From positions 262 through 64,261 of the forward strand of contig DATFON010000065.1 in NCBI GenBank assembly GCA_035265465.1: 64,000 nucleotides of DNA. Direction: 5' to 3'. Origin of the DNA: Solirubrobacterales bacterium. Its GTDB lineage: Bacteria; Actinomycetota; Thermoleophilia; Solirubrobacterales; 70-9. The notes under the pieces are model-generated. The model made no database searches and was not told the origin of the DNA. It saw only the letters and a list, made by a program, of their open reading frames with translations. Shown here one piece after another: positions 61,219 through 64,000 of the stretch (its first letter is position 1; each line of letters starts with the position of its first letter). The position numbers and the translations under genes were made by a program.

Positions 61219-61490
61219 AGGCGCCCACTGGAGCCGCGACGGAACGCCCGGGCCCCCGCCCTACTTGCCCAATCCGTTTTGAGGGGTGTCCGGCTGCGGT
61301 CTACCCGAGCCAATAGCTTGCGCACATCGCGCTGATTCCAACCAGCTGGCGGCTCCGCGGCGCAGCCGGCCCCGCGATTCGCCGCGGATTTCTCGTCGCG
61401 ATCCCGGTCGGGATCGCGGCGCTCGTCGAGCTCGAGCTGAAGACGCCGGCGACCGGCGCGATCACGATCGGCGCGTCCATCACCGGCTTC

Positions 61491-62372
61491 GTGGCGTTCG
61501 ACGCGCCCGCGCGCACCCGCTTCGTCTGGCAATTCGGCATCGCGCCGTTGATCGGCGTCGCCGCGGCGCTGGGGGCGGTCACAGGGCAGTCCGCGGCACT
61601 CGCGGTCCCCACCATGACGATCTTCGCCGCCGTCGCCGCCATGTCCGTGGCGGTCTCCCGGCGGCTGGCGATCGCCGCCCTGAACTGCGTGCTCGCGCTA
61701 CTCATCGCGCAGGGGCTTTCGCTCGAGGCCCACGACACTCTGCGGATCCTGGTCCTGGGTGGGGCTGGAGCTCTGTCCCAGGCGACGCTGTCGCTGGCCG
61801 TCGCGCTGTTCCAGGGCCAGCTCGAGCGCCCCCATCCAATCGCCGGGGCGCGGACGACCGCTGCCCTGATCAGGGCCAATCTCAACCTCCGTTCGCCGAG
61901 CCTTCGCCACGCCCTCCGCTCGGGCCTCGCCCTGGGGTTGGCGGTCGCCGCGTATCACGTGGTCGATCTGGGTCGACACGGGTACTGGGTGCCGCTGACC
62001 GTGCTCTTCGTGTTGAGGCCCGCACGCGCCGACACCGACGAGCGAATCGAGATGCGAGTGGTGGGCACCCTGACCGGACTCGCCGTCGCAACGGGGCTGG
62101 CGGTGTTGGTGGGCCACGGGGTGGCCGCGAATACCGCGATCCTGACGGTCACGGCGGCGTGCGCCTACGCCATGCTGATGATCGAGTACGCGCTGTTCAC
62201 GTTCGCGATCACGGTCTACATCGTGACCCTGGCGCACGCGATGGGCGAGTCCGCCGCTGACGCGGTCGGCGAGCGCGCTCTGGGCACGGCGATCGGCGTC
62301 GCGATCGTCATTCTTGCGTTCGCCGTTCTGCGGGATCGGCGGGCCCCGCTTCACGCGAGGGCCGCCTCCTAG
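61491..62372 (+). CDS. FUSC-family (fusaric-acid-resistance/aromatic-acid-exporter-like) membrane protein, paralog 1 (minimal ORF; conserved sequence extends to 61317)
   Basis: RHALRSGLALGLAVAAYHVVDLGRHGYWVPLTVLFVLRP is the FUSC signature. The 55-58 in-frame codons upstream of GTG 61491 align with the paralog 2 N-terminus but contain no ATG/GTG/TTG. Confidence 0.7.
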   Translation: MAFDAPARTRFVWQFGIAPLIGVAAALGAVTGQSAALAVPTMTIFAAVAAMSVAVSRRLAIAALNCVLALLIAQGLSLEAHDTLRILVLGGAGALSQATLSLAVALFQGQLERPHPIAGARTTAALIRANLNLRSPSLRHALRSGLALGLAVAAYHVVDLGRHGYWVPLTVLFVLRPARADTDERIEMRVVGTLTGLAVATGLAVLVGHGVAANTAILTVTAACAYAMLMIEYALFTFAITVYIVTLAHAMGESAADAVGERALGTAIGVAIVILAFAVLRDRRAPLHARAAS

Positions 62373-62397
62373 GGGCAATCCGCGGGGCGCAATAGGT

Positions 62398-63450
62398 TTG
62401 GGTATCGCCCTGATCCCCGCCAACTGGAAGCTGCGCGACGCTCCGGTCCCGGCGCTCCGCCGGGGCCTGCTCGTCGCGATTCCGGTCGGCGGCGCGGTCC
62501 TCGTCGACCTGCAGCTGGACTCGCCCGTCGCCGGCGGTTTGTCGACGGGCGCGCTCCTCGCCGGGTTCATCGCCTTCGATGCCCCGGCCCGGACTCGGTT
62601 CGTCTGGCAGCTCCTGGCCGCGCCCGTCATCGGCGCCTTCGGCGCCCTGGGAGCGCTCACCTCCGAACCGGGAGCGCTGGCAGCGCTGACGATGACCGTG
62701 TTCGCCTGCGTGGCGGGGATCACGGTCGCGGTCTCGCTGCGCCTCTCGGTGGCCGCAATGGTGTGCGTGCTCGCGTTGCTGCTCGCGCAGGGGTTCGCCC
62801 TCCAGCCGCATGACGCCCCGGACGCGCTGATCATCGGTGGCGCGGGTGCGCTCGCGCAGGCGCTCATGTCCCTGGTCGTGAGTCTGTGGCAGCGCACGAC
62901 CGAGCGGGTGCGGCCCGTGGGCGGAGCGCGCGCCGCCGCGCGGCAGGTGCGGGCGAGCCTTGGTCGGCGCTCGGCGAGCCTCCGACACGCGCTGCGGTGG
63001 GGCATCGGACTCGGCCTCGGCGTCGCCCTGTATCACGTCATCGACCTCGGCCAGCACGGGTACTGGATCCCGCTGACGGTGCTGTTCGTATTGAAGCCGA
63101 CGCCCGCCGATACCTACGAACGCATCGCGATGCGCGCCGCGGGCACGGTTGCGGGGCTGGTGCTCGCGACCGGGATTGCGGAGGTCGTGGGCCGGGATGC
63201 CGTCGCCAACGCCGTCGTGCTGACGATCGCGGCGGCGTGCTCGTTCGCCCTGCTGGCGATCGAGTACGCGCTGTTCACGACCGCGATCACCGTCTACATC
63301 GTGGTCCTGGCCCACGCTCTCGGCCAGGGGGCGTTCCAGGCGGTCGACGAACGCGGAGTGGCGACGCTGATCGGCATCGTCATCGCCGCGCTTGGCTTCG
63401 TCCTGCTCCGCGACCAGAGCTCCACCGCCCCGTCGGCGGCGCCCACGTAG
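62398..63450 (+). CDS. FUSC-family membrane protein, paralog 2
   Basis: TTG 62398 (MGIALIPANWKLRD...). RHALRWGIGLGLGVALYHVIDLGQHGYWIPLTVLFVLKP. Collinear with paralog 1. Confidence 0.7.
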   Translation: MGIALIPANWKLRDAPVPALRRGLLVAIPVGGAVLVDLQLDSPVAGGLSTGALLAGFIAFDAPARTRFVWQLLAAPVIGAFGALGALTSEPGALAALTMTVFACVAGITVAVSLRLSVAAMVCVLALLLAQGFALQPHDAPDALIIGGAGALAQALMSLVVSLWQRTTERVRPVGGARAAARQVRASLGRRSASLRHALRWGIGLGLGVALYHVIDLGQHGYWIPLTVLFVLKPTPADTYERIAMRAAGTVAGLVLATGIAEVVGRDAVANAVVLTIAAACSFALLAIEYALFTTAITVYIVVLAHALGQGAFQAVDERGVATLIGIVIAALGFVLLRDQSSTAPSAAPT

Positions 63451-63464
63451 CTTGCGCGCGCCGG

Positions 63465-64000
63465 CTAGCGTGCCCCGGCTACGGCTTCGCGGTCCCGGGG
63501 CCGGCCGTCCGCATCCGCGGCGTGGCCGTTGGACGATGCGTCCACCGTTCCTTCGTCGCCTTGGTAGGGGCCGGGCTTCGGGCGTGGCACGCCGCCGGGG
63601 AGGGCGAGGCGCAGGATCGTGCGCTGCACCATTCCCCATTGCTGCAGAAACGGGCCGGAGTTGTACGGCAGCCCGTATCGCTCACAGATCTCCTTGACCC
63701 GCGGCGCGATCTCCGCGTAGCGAGTGCTGGGCATGTCCGGGAACAGGTGATGCTCGACCTGATAGCCGAGGTTGCCGCTGATCACGTGGAACAGCGGGCC
63801 GCCCTCGATGTTGGCCGCGCCGACGAGCTGGCGGACGTACCACGCGCCGCGGGACTCGTCCTCCACCTCCTCCTGGCTGAACGTGTACGTCTGGTCCGGG
63901 AAGTGGCCGCAGAAGATGATCGCGTGCGACCAGAGGTTGCGGACGATGTTGGCGGTGAAGTTCGCCCAAAGCGTCGCCTTGAACGACTGCCGGCCACCCT
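63465..64000 (-). CDS. fatty-acid desaturase, C-terminal part (N-terminus beyond window end)
   Basis: Own translation continues in frame to the window edge: FTANIVRNLWSHAIIFCGHFPDQTYTF...GYQVEHHLFPDMPSTRYAEIAPRVKEICERYGLPY (third His box EHHLFP). Confidence 0.8.
   Translation of the reverse strand, partial: GGRQSFKATLWANFTANIVRNLWSHAIIFCGHFPDQTYTFSQEEVEDESRGAWYVRQLVGAANIEGGPLFHVISGNLGYQVEHHLFPDMPSTRYAEIAPRVKEICERYGLPYNSGPFLQQWGMVQRTILRLALPGGVPRPKPGPYQGDEGTVDASSNGHAADADGRPRDREAVAGAR

Overview
This is a GC-rich chromosomal segment, roughly 70% G+C by eye (not computed).

**Gene content**
- Positions 1 to ~16.7 kb, all on the minus strand, carry the housekeeping order typical of Actinomycetota: clpC, FHA protein, ECF sigma/anti-sigma, lysS, greA, dus, coaX, folK-folB-folP, ftsH-hpt-tilS.
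- The remaining ~47 kb is more lineage-specific:
  - two class III nucleotide cyclases (one fused to a MerR HTH, one a zinc-ribbon/STAND-NTPase/TPR giant);
  - a lipid-related cluster (SCP2, acyltransferase, epimerase, phasin-like proteins);
  - a large three-domain secreted cell-wall hydrolase;
  - beta-oxidation genes with a coupled sirtuin;
  - a padR-SRPBCC pair, two CaCA antiporters and an ArsA/Get3-like ATPase;
  - a type IB topoisomerase, two cold-shock proteins and two fatty-acid desaturases;
  - a GH44-like glycosidase and tandem FUSC-family membrane proteins.
- I recognised no rRNA, tRNA, CRISPR array, transposase, integrase or phage gene.
- Many long ORFs in the track are antisense or out-of-frame shadows, as expected at this GC content. 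Several track ORFs begin too far upstream, so I re-derived starts from homology logic, overlaps and SD sequences.

**Most unusual signals** (all non-coding, none demonstrated)
1. A 55-57 bp repeat occurs in 5.2 copies as two same-orientation blocks bracketing the padR-SRPBCC cassette. Each unit reads like a hammerhead-ribozyme core (UGAUGA, GC hairpin, GAAA, short hairpin, UH). I could not find stem I, C3 is U, and two copies carry A6G.
2. Four long imperfect hairpins sit 35-60 nt after stop codons and share a CGC-(T)ATA-GCG apex. Two of them are clearly homologous over ~40 nt.
3. A possibly ydaO-like (c-di-AMP) leader lies upstream of the cell-wall hydrolase.
4. Two genes have a conserved N-terminus that precedes any canonical start codon. 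One of them also has an in-frame TAG.
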